Assembly (NCBI GenBank): GCA_964016885.1
Contig: OZ024745.1
Coordinates: forward strand, 74,462,001 to 74,526,000
Direction of reading: 5' to 3'
DNA from: Eledone cirrhosa
Lineage: Eukaryota
Length of the DNA stretch: 64,000 nucleotides
Each line of letters starts with the position of its first letter. Positions within the stretch are counted from its first letter, which is position 1. The notes under the pieces are model-generated. The model had not been told where the DNA came from. It saw only the letters and a list, made by a program, of their open reading frames with translations, and did no database searches. This document shows positions 1 through 14,498 of the stretch, piece by piece. A program made the position numbers and the translations under genes.

Positions 1-237
1 ACACACACCAAGATAGTCACTTTTGTGGCTGATTATAAATAAGACAGGAAGTAAAGAAAGGGACTGTTCTGATGGAGGGTGGGGTCTGAATTTGGAGTCT
101 GGAAGTGTTGTCTCAAAATTAGGTCAGGCGTCTATGTTCAGACATGTCTCCTTTCTAAATAATACACTACACCTCTTGGCAGCACTACAGAAAATATTTT
201 GTCTTTATGTGTGTTGTTTTAATCTAATCTCCCACTC

Positions 238-283
<46 letters not shown>

Positions 284-959
284 ACACTAATATTTTTTCT
301 TCCCCCTCCCCCCTCTCTCTCTTACCAGTTTCTTCCCTACCATCGCACTTTCTTCTTTCACTCCTTGCTCTTTATTTTTTGTTTCAACTTTTACGTTTCA
401 CTCTCCTTCTCCCCCATTTCTACTCTCCTACCACTCACTGTTAAAGTATCTTTCAATTCTGACACTCCCTTCACATACTCCATACATCCTTCCTCTCTCT
501 TTTTTTTTCTCTCCCAATCCCCCCTTCCATCTACTAGAATTCCCTTGATTCTTTTTAAGCACTCCACTCTTTCTTTCACTTTCATCACTCATTCAGCCTT
601 TCTCTCTCCTTTACACACACACACACACACACACACACATCCAGCTAAGCTCCAATGCCTTTCATTCCCTTTTCCCTATTTAACCTCCTACCATATCCCA
701 CAGGCCATCAATAAGCATCAGAGGAGGCCTCTACATGGTCACTTGACCTGCTAGAAATAGAAATGCCCTACCACATTAGAAAGTAAACATTGGTTGGATA
801 ATGTGTTCCTTAATTCCTTACATACAGAAAAACAAAATGGTCATGTCTGGAATACTTTTGATCATAGGTCTACTGGATCAGGGTTGATATTAGTCTAAAC
901 AACAACAACCATTACTCTGTGTTATGGTTAGATTCTAGCTAGTCAATAGTGTCATTAAA

Positions 960-1147
960 CCTTTCGATAGCAACCCATCCAAAACTGCCTGTGATACTGT
1001 GAAACAAAACGACACACTTTAAAGGGTTCCTATTTAAATTAACATCTTCCAATATAATTTATATGAAGACATTTTGTTATGTTACAAATATCTTCGTTAA
1101 ATAATAAAAATAAAAAGTAATTCATTAGAAATACATTAACGAAAGGG
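960..1147. mobile_element. Second TTAA MITE family (CCTTTCG...CGAAAGGG); related fragments at ~23370-23570 and ~50510-50692
   Basis: ttaaacctttcgat ... aacgaaagggttaa termini. Confidence 0.55.
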
Positions 1148-4100
1148 TTAATATATTTAGTTGGTTGAAAAGCGTCTATTATTGAGACCAATGGAGAATC
1201 TATACTGAAAGTTACTGCCTATCATTTTTCTAATAATAATTCGACCTAATAGTCCTTGCTTTTCCTTTGATTTATGGCATTTATAGTCCTTTCCTGTGCA
1301 GCCAGGTCTGCCCTTTATCCTTCTCCCCCTTTTTTCATTACTTAATTTTGTTTTTATCCTTTCTTTTCATATTCACATCATTGTATATTTTTGGAGGGAT
1401 TTAGTAATATAACTAACTTTTCCATCAAGTTGGTGTTTAGAACACCTTAGTAATACAATCTATAAATAAAGAAAAATAAGCCACTATATAGTTGAAAACA
1501 ACAGCGAGCAGGGTGGGGGGGGGGGGGGGGGCAATAAACAGTAAAGACGATAAGAAAACTAAGAAACATTTTAAAAAGGTTCTTAACCCTTTACCATTTA
1601 CATTACTCTATATTTACTATTGTATTTTTGTGGTAATGGCTTTATCTTTCACAATATCAAATCTACAATATTTTGATTTTATTTATTTTGAGAACAATAC
1701 CTTAACATCACTATGAGTGGCCAGTTTGAACAGAAAGAAGTGAGAGAATTCTGGCTGGGTTAAGTGAAATTATGCTGGAAGGTTTTTAGAAAAATATAAA
1801 TACTTTAAAACAAACTGCTTAGAAACCCTAACAGTTTGGTATCAAAGGAGTTAAAATCAAGTCTGAAACATTGACCTTGCTTAGATTTTGAAATTACAAT
1901 GAAACAGAATTTAGTGTCATTTAATGATCTGAGTTCAAATTTTACCTGGTGTACATTAATTTTCGACCCAAAGTTGATCAATGGTTCCTGTCGAGCTGTC
2001 AGGTGTCCTCGGACCCTGTACTGCCGAGCTCCTCCATAAAATCGTGATGACAGCAGCCTGTCTGGGGAAAGAGCCCTACAAGGTGTGGTGCCTGTTGCAG
2101 CAGGTGTCAATTGCAGAAATGCCTTTGCAATTTTGTCCACAGGACGCAGCTGAAACGCTGCTCCGACCTAAGTGTAGAACTTTCACCCTCATCACTTCCC
2201 TCCTTTTCATCTCATTTATGGCATTTAGAATTCTTTCCTGTACAGCCAGATCTGCCCTTCTCCCACTTTTTTCATTACTTAATTTTTTTTTTATTTTTTT
2301 TTTATATTTCCATCATTTTATAACTTTTGTTCAATAAACCCAAAAGTATAATTTGTAAAGAAAAAAAAAATACCAGAAATATTGGGCTTGATTTAATCAA
2401 ATAAAAGCACATCCTTATAAAACTTAGCTATATAATTCTGGGGAAATGTATCATTATTATTGTCGATAAAATAAAGTACCAGTAATGTACTGGGTAATTG
2501 CTGGCCTTGTGCCTAAAAATAGAAACAAATTATTATTACAGATGAGTTGGTACAAATGGTAGGGAAGGAAAAATAAGTACTTTGTGGTATCTTGTTTGAT
2601 GCCTCACATTTTTTAATTCTATGCTGACTAGTGTATATCATACTCCTACAACAATATTGATTTTGTCTTTTGTCAAAAGAAACAATAATTAATTTTTATT
2701 CATGTTTATTGAAGCCATTAATGCTCTTTAGAAGCATGAATGCTACAACTTCCTTGTATCCCTTCTTCTAAAACCAATCATTTGTGCCTAATCAAGAGAA
2801 ACCAATATTTATAGTTAATGTCAAAGAGAGGGAGCCATGCAATCTTATCTCATGAGACATGGGGATGGGAACCAGGTTTCATATTTAGATGTCAACATCT
2901 GTAAGAAAAACATAATCAAGGAGAGGAATTTGAGAAGATTGTACACAATCCTTGTGTAATATTTGGGTAGGTGTGCTTGTGTGGCAATAGTATATAGATA
3001 TCTATTTAAGAGAAGTAACGTCAATTGCAGTAGCTGCAGAAGCAAAAGAACTGTGAGTCAGAGATCCAGTTATTGATTGACCAGGGAATCTTTACCAATC
3101 AGACTTCCTCCTCTTTTCCTCCTCCCCACTTAAGATTTCTAATCAGCTGAAGTATTTTATCCCAGATAAAGTCAGGTAATTTAAAGTCATACACACACAC
3201 AAACCTGTTTTTGATATTTCATCTTCAATATAACTAAAATTGAAAAACATGAGAACGAGAGAGCTGGATGCAGTGAGGTCACTTGTCAAATATATTCTCA
3301 GCTGTATTTCACCTTCTTTACTTTCATTTTATGAATGAACCTTAGACTAGTGAGTATGTTTTGAATGGATTAACCAAAATAGCAACTAAAAGTTATACTA
3401 CATTTTATAGGGAAATGGCAATAGAAATCCGAAGATGATTGTTTTCCGTATCTAATTTCGTGGTTTACTACATATAGATTTCTCATTCGACTGTTGAGCC
3501 TAACATTATTTGAAGTTGTTCTCATCAAAGTTCATATGAAGTGATCTGCCATATTTATTTCATCTCAATTCCTCTTCAACTATAATAACTGCAACCATTA
3601 TTTTTCACACTCCACATTTCAAAATATTCACAAAAGACAAACCAAATATTAAATTATGGAACAATTGGCTCTACTCAGCTTGAAGACATCTAAATCCAAA
3701 AAAGTTTCCAAAACTTGATTTTATACAATAAACTAATAATCAGGCAATGATTAGAAAATGTCAATGTGATTGAGGATAGAATTGAACATTCTTGTCACCA
3801 TCATTTCCACATCTCCTTTATTTCATATTGACATGGATTAGGCCAGTCTGCTCTACAATATCACTTTTAGTTTTGTATCAATTCATTTACACACTTTTTC
3901 AGCTGAGTGAAAGACATGACAATCTCCCAAGTGCTGATGTCACTCGGTAGAGCATGAGAACATATGTGAAGTGCAGGCATCCGGCCTCTCTAAGTACTCA
4001 GTGGAGTGCAGGCTCCTGTCCCATCTGACAGGTCTGTAGTTCCACTTGAGTACTGACTTAGTCTGTGACTGTTTATCTACACTTGCTAGCATGGAAAACA

Positions 4101-4720
4101 AACATTAAATGATGATGATGGTTGGTGGTTGTGGACAACCTACTTAGTATTAGTACTTAGAGCACAGGAACTTATGTAAGCAAGATGTGGGTTTCTGTCC
4201 CTTTGAGAGATCAGTAGTTCCACTTGAGTACTGATATAGTTTGTGATAACCCATCCGACCCTTGCTAGCACAGAAAGCGAACATTAGATGATAGTGGTGG
4301 TGATGGCATTCCTATCCTTGAAGATAGACTTATTCCAATACACTCTATTTTAATTAATGAAGAATTATGGGGGATTTACTAAGATAGTAACTTAATATAA
4401 GGTTCTTATAAAAAAATTGTTAGAAGATTTTAATTTAAATTGGAAACCTTAAAAATTGGTGTTTTATTTCATAGAACCAGAACCAGTTTGGTAACTAAAA
4501 GATTAAACTGAAAAATGACAGCTGTCTGTTCATGGAAGATGCAGCTCATATCACACTGTAAAACAGACGAGAATGGGTGGAGTAAAATAGTATCAAAGAA
4601 TTTCTTTGGCCAATTCAGTCTCCTGACATGAATTCCATAGCTCATCGTCATCCTTTAATATTCATTTAACCTGTTGGCAAGGTTTGGGCTAACATGTGTT
4701 GTTAATACAGCTTTACTTAA

Positions 4721-4934
4721 CCCTTTAGCATTTAAACCGGCTGTATCCAGCCAGAATTCTCTCACCTCTTTCTGTTCAAACCAGCTGTAACCAGCCACTC
4801 ATATTGATATTAAGGTATTGTTCTCAAAATAAATAATATTAAATTCTCATAGATTCCATATTATGAGAGATAATTATGTAAGATAAAGCCTTTACTGTGA
4901 AAATACAATAATAAATATAGAGTATACTAAAGGG
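4721..4934. mobile_element. piggyBac-type MITE, same family
   Basis: TTAA-CCCTTTAG...CTAAAGGG-TTAA. Confidence 0.8.
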
Positions 4935-7126
4935 TTAAATAAAGTATGCCAAACATGGTCAGAAATATCTCAAGCTACAATTTCAGGAATCATTAATTAT
5001 GTATCTATATAAGTTGCTGATCTTAAGGCAGCTAAAGGAATATCAACAAAGTATTATGTACTCTAAATTTCTAAATACAATCTTGATGTCTGTTTACTTA
5101 CATGTCTCCATATACATACATGAATGCAGCACATTAATTGATTCTGGTAGGAAGTAGGAAGAAAAAAACAACAAAAATAAATTATATTTGTTAGATTCAT
5201 TCCTTTGATTCAGGGCAGGATTAACCAGAGTAGGGACAATGAATAAATAGAAAAACAACGTAAATCTGGAGTGGAACCGCCCCATTTCCATGTGCTGCTG
5301 TTACAGCTGTAAATAACCAGAAGGGTTATTTCCTCATAAAATAGTCAGCAAAAACAGGGTGCAGTACAGTTTGGATTGAGATGCATACTCTTGGGTCTCA
5401 AATAATCACTCATCTCCTGCTTATTAATTTTTCAGATCCCATCTGATGTTGCTGACCATTACCCGTGGAAATGCCTTTGCGGTTTTGTCCACAGGATGCA
5501 GCCAAAATACCACCCTGACTTAGGTGTAGTCTTTCACCCTCTCTTTCATCTGTTGCCTAATAGCCCTTGCTCTTCCCCTCCTTTTCCTCTCATTTATGGC
5601 ACTTATAGTTATTTCCTTTACTTTCCTATACAGCCAAATCTACCCTTCTTTACGCCCCCCCCCCCTTTTTTTTTATTACTTAATTTAGTTTTTATTCTTT
5701 CTTTATATTTCCATCATTGTATGACACTTGTTTGTAAAATTCATGATTGAAAAATAAATTGCAAACATAATCATACATATGATGGTGATGAGTATGTGTT
5801 TTAGGTTAAGACTATATATAATATAGTCATCATACATATGATGGTGATGAGTGAGTGTTTTAGGTTAAGACTATATGATATTGTCATTATACAGATGGAA
5901 GAAAGTGCTTTAACCAATGAGTATTTACTTGTTCGTTTGCATATTTTTGTAGTGTTCTTTTAGTTTTTTCTAGTTTAGAAATCATACCAGTTTTTTTTTA
6001 GCAAAGTTAACTTTGTGGTAGACTAGCATCACATCCATGGTAATATATTCCTTTCAATTGCTTGTTACTGTAAGAACCATAGTTAAATACTTATGACTGA
6101 CTGACTAGAAGTGTGTATAGTTTAGAGATGAACTTTTGAGGCAGGAAACTAAAATTATGTATATTGTTTATTTACAGCTTGTTATTTATTTATAGTTTGT
6201 AGCTTGTGTTTAAAATAAACTAGGTATCGCTAAGCTTGGTATTTTAATCTATTCTTAAGATAGGAAATGGAATTCTGCATTAGTAGGTCTATAATATCTT
6301 GTACGGCTTAGTAAATTCTATAGTAGTAGGATGGACAAAATGTTTTAAATATGCTTAGTAATCCATTTTACAGCAGTTACTACTTTGGTGTCTATAAAAA
6401 AAAAAAAAGTTTATCATTTGATAGTCTGCTTCCTTAAGTTTTTCAAACTTTTCTCGAGAGCCAAGATATTTTTGTTACCAAGAATAAAGTATATTTCATC
6501 ATGGTCTATGTCAGGCATGGGCAACTTTTTTCAAGCAGTGGGCCACAATACTAAAAAGTTCAAGGCAGTTTTGAAATTAGGCATGCCATTCAGAAAGCCA
6601 AACAGGCTGCAGTTTGCCCATGACTGGTCTGTATTGCATGTTTGAATGGGTTGACCTTTTTTGTTGATCCTTGAAATATCGGCTAGCGCTCCATCTCTTT
6701 TTTTATTTTTCTTGTTTTGTTTCATCGAGATTATTTCAAGCAGCACCATGTGAGATATAAAATGGTGAATTGTCAGCATCGGATTAAATGCCTTGGTATT
6801 TGATTTGCCTTTTATCCTTTCAAGGTTGATAAATGAAGTACCAGTCAAGTGCTGGGGTAAATTAATTTTTTCTCTTTCAGTTGCTTTCTCTTCTTTGTTG
6901 AAAGAGATTAAATGTATTCAGACCTGGAGAAGGATTGACTTTACCAAGTTTTAAATTACCCAAAGCACACTGCATTGTCAGGACGGTGCCTGTACCTCTC
7001 CATCAGGAGTTAAGGACACTCTCCTTTCCATGTGGGAAATGTATTTATGTAAAGTGGGTGTTTTTATATGTAATATTCTATTTTTTTTATGTATTTATTT
7101 ATTTATCTGTATTTATTTGTTGCTAG

Positions 7127-7250
7127 GAATGATTCCAAACAAAAATGAATGGGACACATGGTATCGGACTACAAGAGGACACTCTCTTACAAATGTAGTT
7201 AACAATTTGTTGTATGGTTGGATCAGCTCTGGATTTTCATCTTCACTGTG
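7127..7250 (+). other. Candidate 124-nt spliced exon (5'UTR or uORF-containing, or an exon of another transcript)
   Basis: T-rich tract plus ctag acceptor ending at 7126, and donor TG|GTAAGT at 7250/7251. The content is non-repetitive and has stops in the frame that would join the main ORF. Confidence 0.4.
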
Positions 7251-7869
7251 GTAAGTATCATTCAGTAATTTTCATTTTGGTTTTTATGTTTAATATGCCT
7301 TTAACTGATAAAGAATTAATTAACTTTTAACATCCTGTACCACATGAAACCACATTGGCAAGACATTCTTGAAAAGTACAAAACAGCAGTATGGTTGCAT
7401 TACATTAAAAATTAAAGTTGTTATTCTAATATTGCAAATTTTCACAATTATCTATCCACTACATGGCAGTGCTCCAACATGGCCTCAGCATGTCGGCTGG
7501 AAGAATAATGCTACATCATCATCATCATCAAATACAGTAATTCTAACTGAGGATATATCACTTCAAAATGAGACTAGTGATTTCATAGTGAGCTCATGTC
7601 ATGTAAACAAAAACCTAAATTTACTCGATTATTTAATAGCCAAGAATACATAATGTATTTTCTCAGAAAATGTAGCAAGGAAGGCTTTATCAGTCGAAGA
7701 ATACATTATAAATAAGACAAAACAAAGACTGCACATATTTAATTACAGTTGTAATAGATCATTTTCTGTGGAATTATTACATTGATAAAATTTGATGGGT
7801 TTACTGCTTCTAAAATCGTTGCACAAACATGTTTTTCTTTTAGGCACAGTGCAGCATCTAATTGTTTAA

Positions 7870-8050
7870 TCCTTTAGCAATTACATTACTCCATATTTAC
7901 TATATTTTCACAGTAAAGGCTTTACCTCACAATTCTCTCACATAATATTGGAATCTATGAGATTTTGAGAACAATACCTTAACATCAGTATGAGTGGCCA
8001 GTTAGAAGAGAGAATTCTGGCTGGATATGGCTGGTTTAAATGCTAAAGGG
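7870..8050. mobile_element. piggyBac-type MITE, same family (further partial copies at ~1587-1780, ~8620-8820, ~12077-12250)
   Basis: TTAA flanks, degenerate TIRs and the shared internal gagaacaataccttaacatcagtatgagtggccag. Confidence 0.75.
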
Positions 8051-10589
8051 TTAAGAGTTAAACTGCTTATTCTTTGAACAGTGACTTTGTAATGTCTAGA
8101 CTAATAACATAAAGTGAACATTAAGCAAAGAAGAGACAAATGTCTAATGTTACTCATGGTAAATTCATAGATTGTTACCATCATGGATTAGCAACATTGC
8201 CGAATTTACACTGGAAAAAACTGGAAGATATTACAACCACATGAGTTTTTACTTCATTACTGGACTGATAAAATCTTTTAATTAGCCAAGCAAGTTCACA
8301 TTGTTAAATGATGTTATTTCATGCTCTCTGTTTGTCTCTCAAAATATCACAGTCAAATCTTTTTGTTAATCTCATTTTGAAATCATTAATCTCACTTTGA
8401 ACTGATGTGTCCTCACTTAGAACCCACAAATACTATAGTAAAGATACTACAAACATTTGAATTAACAAACCCATTTAAAAAATATTTTCTGCTACATCAT
8501 GTTGAGTGTTAATGTGTGGCTAGTAAGGATACTAGCCAAAGGATTTCACTGATGTAGCATTACTAAAACACACCTCCATCTTCTTCTTTGCCCACTTGTT
8601 CCTGAGAGGGTCGTGGGCGCAGAATCCTCTCACCTCTTTCTGTTCAAACTGGCCATAACTGGTCACTTATACTGATGTTAAAGTATTCTTAAAATAAATA
8701 ATATAAAAATCTCATAGATTCAATATTATGTGAGATAATTTGCTTTTAAAAACAAGAACCAGAAACAGCTATCTTTACTGCGAAAATATAATAATATATA
8801 TAATGTAAATGGTAAAGAGTTAGTGTTGCTATATTTTTCATAGTTTAATGACATCTCTGACACCAACTACTTATATGTGATGTGAGGAGAATGTTGTGCT
8901 TTGTAATCAACTGGTGCACTTGTATGAGCAAGACACGGTCACCTAAGGGACAATTGGTCTAACCCATGCTAGCATGAAAGAAATGGATGTTAAACAGTGA
9001 TGATGATGATGATTTCTTATAAAAGACACTGCCTATTATTTTCAAATAATTTTGAAAATAAGAATTTGGAAAGATTTGTTAAAATAATTAACTTTCACAT
9101 TATTAAGTTTGTGTTTGAAACATAACCTAAAGGTTCTGACATAAAATTCTGATGGAAGTGTTTTGGATAAATATAAACACTTTAAAATAAACAGCTTAGT
9201 ATCATAGAACCAGGGGTGGTTAGGTATCATAAGAGTTGTTTGGAGGAAGTATCATGTCTATTTTGCTCTCAGAGCCTAAATATGGCACCTTTAACAAAAG
9301 AGCTATGTAGTCTACTTAATGTTATTACATTGTGTTTGTTGAAATAACAAGTGTTTAACATGATTAAGCTGTCACTGTAATTTCTTTTAAATTTCAGTTT
9401 TTTAGTATTTTTTCACCTTCCAAAATCTTTTGAGATTTTTGAAAAATTAAACTTTAGCTAATGATTTTTTCTCTTCTACTAATATAATGAAAAGAAGAAA
9501 AATTTCTCTAAAGTATAAGTAAAAAAAATTACTATTAGAAACAGTAGAAATATATGCAAATTGTAGCTTAGTGGGGATGCTATTACAGTGTTACCATAAT
9601 ATATTTTATCAAATGCTCAGAAAAATTCTTTTCTTCTTTTTTTTCATTTACTATTTTTGTACAGTAAGAGTATTTATTTTTATTGTTTCTCAGTTCCTTA
9701 TGATTATTGTTGTTATTATTAATACTATTATTTGCTAGCTTTGTGCCAAGATTAGAAACCATTATTATTATTATTGAATTACTGTCATTATAATAATCAT
9801 TATTCATTTATTATTATTAGTGACAATTTTATTTAACATACATATAGGAATAGAATATTTTGTAAATGAACAAACAAATTTGAAAGTAAAATTGACAAAA
9901 AAGCAAATAAATGGAAATCCAGCTTTTTTCCTTTGGAACCATTATTAATGCATGGAATTGGAGAAGCAATAGATATCAACAACCATTTCCACCTGTTTGA
10001 ACAATGACAGCAAAAGATAGCTGTTTCTGGTTCTTATTACTTTCTTTTTAAAAGCAAATGAATACAAGATAGTTGAAGCAGAGTTCCACGTGGAAAAACT
10101 GTTATTAGGAGAAGAATATTTGAATTCAAAATATTCTTAAATGTGTTCTTGTATTCTTTTACAGCTCTGAAGCTTATTATGACCAAGCTGGGTACTGTGG
10201 TCTTCATTTTTTAACCTAATGAATACTGGAAGCCACATCTTGTTATAAAGTTAAGATGATGAGTTGATGTGTGCCATGCTACAGCAATTGGAAAATGGTC
10301 TTAGTCCTTTCATTACTTTAGTTCTAATGAAATATACTACCTGTTTCAATTAATTTTGAAAATAATCAAATATTTAGAGGAATTAACTAAAAAGATGTTT
10401 TCATTAGTAAGCTGATATTTAGAACATTACTTAACTAATTTTTAAAATGAGCAGTTTTGTACCATTCAATCATGAGACACCCATGACATACTTGTCATTA
10501 AATTTATATCTTTTCATATACACTACATAGTTTAACCAGGACTGCATAGACATATATAAATAAATATATATATATACATATAGATATAA

Positions 10590-10839
10590 CCTTGACCGAC
10601 CAGTCTGTCGGGCGGCAATCGGCGCCGCTGGTCACAGCATATCGTGCTGTTTTCGCCATAAGATAACGCCATCCCACTGGCTGGGCAGGCAGGCCGGTAC
10701 TCATTTCTACAGCTGAGTAAACTGGAGCAACGTGAAATAAAGTGTCTTTCTCAAAGAAACAACACATCACCCGGTCCGAGAATTGAACTCACAACCTTTC
10801 GATTGCAAGCCCAATGCTTTAACCACTAAGCCATGCCCC
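10590..10839 (-). mobile_element. tRNA-derived SINE family B (other copies at ~11575-11870-, 21190-21512-, 22050-22330-, 32270-32412-)
   Basis: Minus-strand head GGCATGGCTTAGTGGTTAA..GAGTTCAATTCTC, then the core cttgagcaagacactttatttcacgttgctccag. Confidence 0.8.
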
Positions 10840-11074
10840 TTCATATATATATATATATATTGAGTATGTAGGCATATAAACAGGCTAGATTTATGTATTT
10901 CACTCTAATTTGACAAATTGATGAATATTCTTAATCAGTTTTGACCATAATTGGTGCCCTCATCAGAAGATATGTACATTAAATAATCACAAGGAAATAT
11001 GTAACTAGCAGCCTTATGAAAGGATGAACTAATTTGCATACTTTTACTTCCTGTTTGTAATTAATTTTGTATGC

Positions 11075-11480
11075 ATCCCACCCTGTAAAGTGGCCGTGTG
11101 GGTTTCATGACAAAAAGCACCCAGTCCATACTGTAAAGTGGTGATGACAAAAAGCACCTAGCCCACACTGTGAGGTGGTCATGTGGGTGCCATGACAAAA
11201 AGCACTCAGCCCACACTGTAAAGTGGTCGTGTAGGTGTCATGAAAAAAAGCACCCAGTACTCACTGTAAAGTGATCATGAAGGTGTCATGAAAAAAAGCA
11301 CCCAGTACTCAATGTAAATGTGGCTGGCATTAGGAAGGGCATCCAGCTGTAGAAACCTAGCCAGAAACAGTTCTATATGAGCAAGACACAGTCACCTGAC
11401 TCAACTTGCCTCTAATGGGACAATCCATCTAACTCATGCTAGTGTAGAAAATGGACATTAAATGATGTTGATGATGATTA
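11075..11480 (+). mobile_element. SINE-like family C with internal ~43-bp tandem units and an RTE-type (GAT)n tail
   Basis: About five repeats of gtcatgacaaaaagcacccagtccacactgtaaagtgg, then ttaggaagggcatccagctgtagaa...catgctag..ggacattaaatgatg. Confidence 0.8.
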
Positions 11481-13671
11481 AATTGTGCACTAAGCATCCG
11501 AAGAATACGTCAAATATATCTGTACACATAGAGTAGAGTTTGACTAGAACTGCATAAATGTGTATATTTCATGGAAGCCCTCTGTTGTTTCCAATGATGA
11601 GTGCTCCAGTTGATTTAATCAACAGAACTGTCTGCCAGGGAAATTAACATGTAAGTGGTTGAGCATTCCACAGACATGTGCACCCTTAATGTAGTTCTCA
11701 GGGAGATTCAGCATGACACAGTGTGTGACAAGTCTGCTCTCTTGAATTACAGATACAACTCTGGAGCAACATGAAATAAAGTATTTTTCTCAAGGACAGA
11801 GCACGCCACCAAGTCTAAGAATCAAAACCACAACCTTGCAGTCATGAGCCAAACATCCTAACAACAATGACATGTAATAAATGGCGATTGAATCCTTTGA
11901 ATAATTTCTAGATTAACTGAAGGAAGTTATTTAACAGTAAAAAGGACAATCATTTGTAAAATATGTTTCAATAATTCTTTTGGAATGCATAATTTTACAT
12001 TAAGATGCAATTATTTTTACTTAGCATGGAGAAATTTAGGTAAAATATTTAAAAAGTAAAAAAAGTCTTCCTTTAACCCTTTAGCATTTACATTACTCTA
12101 TATTTACTATTATATTTTCATGGTAAAGGCTTTATCTCACATAATATCGAATCTATGAGATTTTGATATTATTTATTTTGAGAACAATACCTTAACATCA
12201 CTATGAGTGGCCAGTTACAGCCAGTTTGAACAGACAGATGTGAGGGAATTGTTCATTTTGCATAATATTTTTTTCTTATTTGTGACTTCAGACAACAGTG
12301 AATTCATTCTTTCTTCTTAGAACTAGGATTGCAGTATTTTGATTTCATATAATTTCCAATAAATGTTTTTTAAATATAAAAAAATATGTTCTAAGCCAGC
12401 AAGAAGGATAAACAATTTTTCACTCTTTTAAAATATTGATATATTGATGGTCTTAAGAAAAGATTACACAATGACGAGAGATGATACACTTTCATTCTTT
12501 TGTGTATGAGGGGAATGAGCAATACAGCTATTTCATTACATATTTAAATTTCTTTATGTTTTTCTGCCATAAATATTAATGGGAGATTCATATATTTTTA
12601 TCTTTAAACACACACACATATCATCATCATTATTACAGTTATATATTGGGTTTTAGAATAAGTACACCATATCCCTGCATGTCATAAGAGGAAACTGAAA
12701 GACTTGGTGTCAGGACATCTGACTGTAAAATATTGTCTCAAAACCCATTCCAGCATGGAAAAGTGAATATAAAAATTATGATGATGGTGGCATGAAATAG
12801 ATGGGTTTTTACAATCTGAGTTCTTATTCAGACTCACTGCTCTTCTTAACATGAGCCACTTTACAGCATCAAACTACTCACCAGTAGCCATAAAAAAAAA
12901 TTACAATTAATTAAAATTATATCATTCATTATTTTTTTTATATCACTTTAAATTATTATGCCTGGTCGTCAAGAAAAGCAGGGAAGACAACCATCAGAAT
13001 TTAAATTAGAATTAATTAAATATAAAATGCGGTAAAAAATAAACATGAACTTCCGCAGCATGGTGACTACTCTGTACATATTTCTGCCGTTAGACTTTTG
13101 TTAAACATTACTGCAAGATCTTAAAATGAGTAGAGAAGAGATTTTTTTCTCATCATTAAAAGTGTAATTTTAATTCATTTAAATTTCCTTAGTTCACTAC
13201 ATCAAATTTGTTAGTGCCTATTGCTATTTTATGCAGCTGGACTCTCTAAGTATTTTCATCCCAGTCATTCTTTTAAATTATTTCAGCACGCCACTACTGA
13301 CTTATTTTCTCTGTAACTATATTCCTGTATTTTCTGAAGACACAGGATACCTAAATCACAGATTATTCATGCTTAAGCCTCATCAATCTTGTCATAGGCA
13401 TTATGTTGTATAACTTGGCTATGCCTATCATCATTACTTTGCATTAGTTGCTGTAGAAATGGGGAAAGGTATGTTACACTGCATCAGTTAGGGTGCATGC
13501 AAAAAAAACAAGTAAAAGAAACTCCCTCTCAAAAGGGCTTTCAGTATTTACCTCTAGGTTTTGTTTTCTTACAACCTTTTTTCTATTATGTTGAGTCATT
13601 AACACAACTGTTATAACTATTATAACCCTTTCTCTTCGTAGCTTAGTAGTTTTTGCACCAGTAACTTTTAA

Positions 13672-14009
13672 CTCTTTAGCATTTTCATTATGTCGCTTTA
13701 CGGTATGAGTTCAAATCCCGCCGAGGTTAACTTTGTCTTTCATCGTTACGGGGGTCGATGATAAAATAAAGTACCAGTAATGCACTGGGATAAATGCTGG
13801 CCTTGTGCCAAAAGTAGAATTCTATATTTACTATTGTATTTTCACAGTAAAGGCTTTATCTCACATAAAATCAAATCTATGAGATTTTGATATTATTTAT
13901 TTTGAAAACAATACCTTAACATCAGTATGAGTAGCTAGTTACTGCCGGGTTTGAACTGAGAGAGGTGAGAGAATTGTAGTGGGATACAGCCGCTTTAAAT
14001 GATAAAGGG
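13672..14009. mobile_element. piggyBac-type MITE interrupted by a 5'-truncated SINE (~13690-13818)
   Basis: MITE left end, then SINE body (gagttcaaatcccgccgagg...gccaaaagtagaa), then the MITE resumes to AAAGGG-TTAA. Confidence 0.75.
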
Positions 14010-14498
14010 TTAAAACATACTTCCACTTGTAACCTTGACCGTAAGACTGAAACTACCATATATATTTTGCCAATTTTCATCAACTTCAAATTCTATGTAA
14101 ATAAGGTGCTAAAGAAACAGCAAATTTCCTCCAGAATGTGAGTGGCCTGAAGTAAACAAAAATATGAGAAACTTGAAACTTTATAAAATAGATGAAATGG
14201 TAAAAAAAATCATTTTGTAATGGAGTTGTGAAATAAGAACTTTACTCTAAACAGCACTTAAAACATTTTAAATATCAAAATATAAAAAACTTCATAAATA
14301 TATTCTCCACTCATGAGAATTTCAAAACCATAGCATCTCAACATAATACAAGGGGTTTAGACTTTTGCACATTTGTTAGACATAAAATAGAGGGATCAGC
14401 TTATATTCAAGTATTTATTGTAAGTTATTGTTCAATATCATCTTGATTGCACTGTGTAAATAACATTAATGGAAACTCTTCTTTTTTTTAATTTGCAG

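Noticed and set aside
3060-3180. CCAAT/ETS-like motifs followed by CAG|GTAATT, a possible promoter and first exon
   Set aside because: Short motifs are expected by chance and there is no independent support.
11075-11320. Regularly spaced ~43-bp repeats resembling a CRISPR array
   Set aside because: Contiguous tandem units with no unique spacers, part of a dispersed SINE-like family, in a eukaryotic context with no cas genes.
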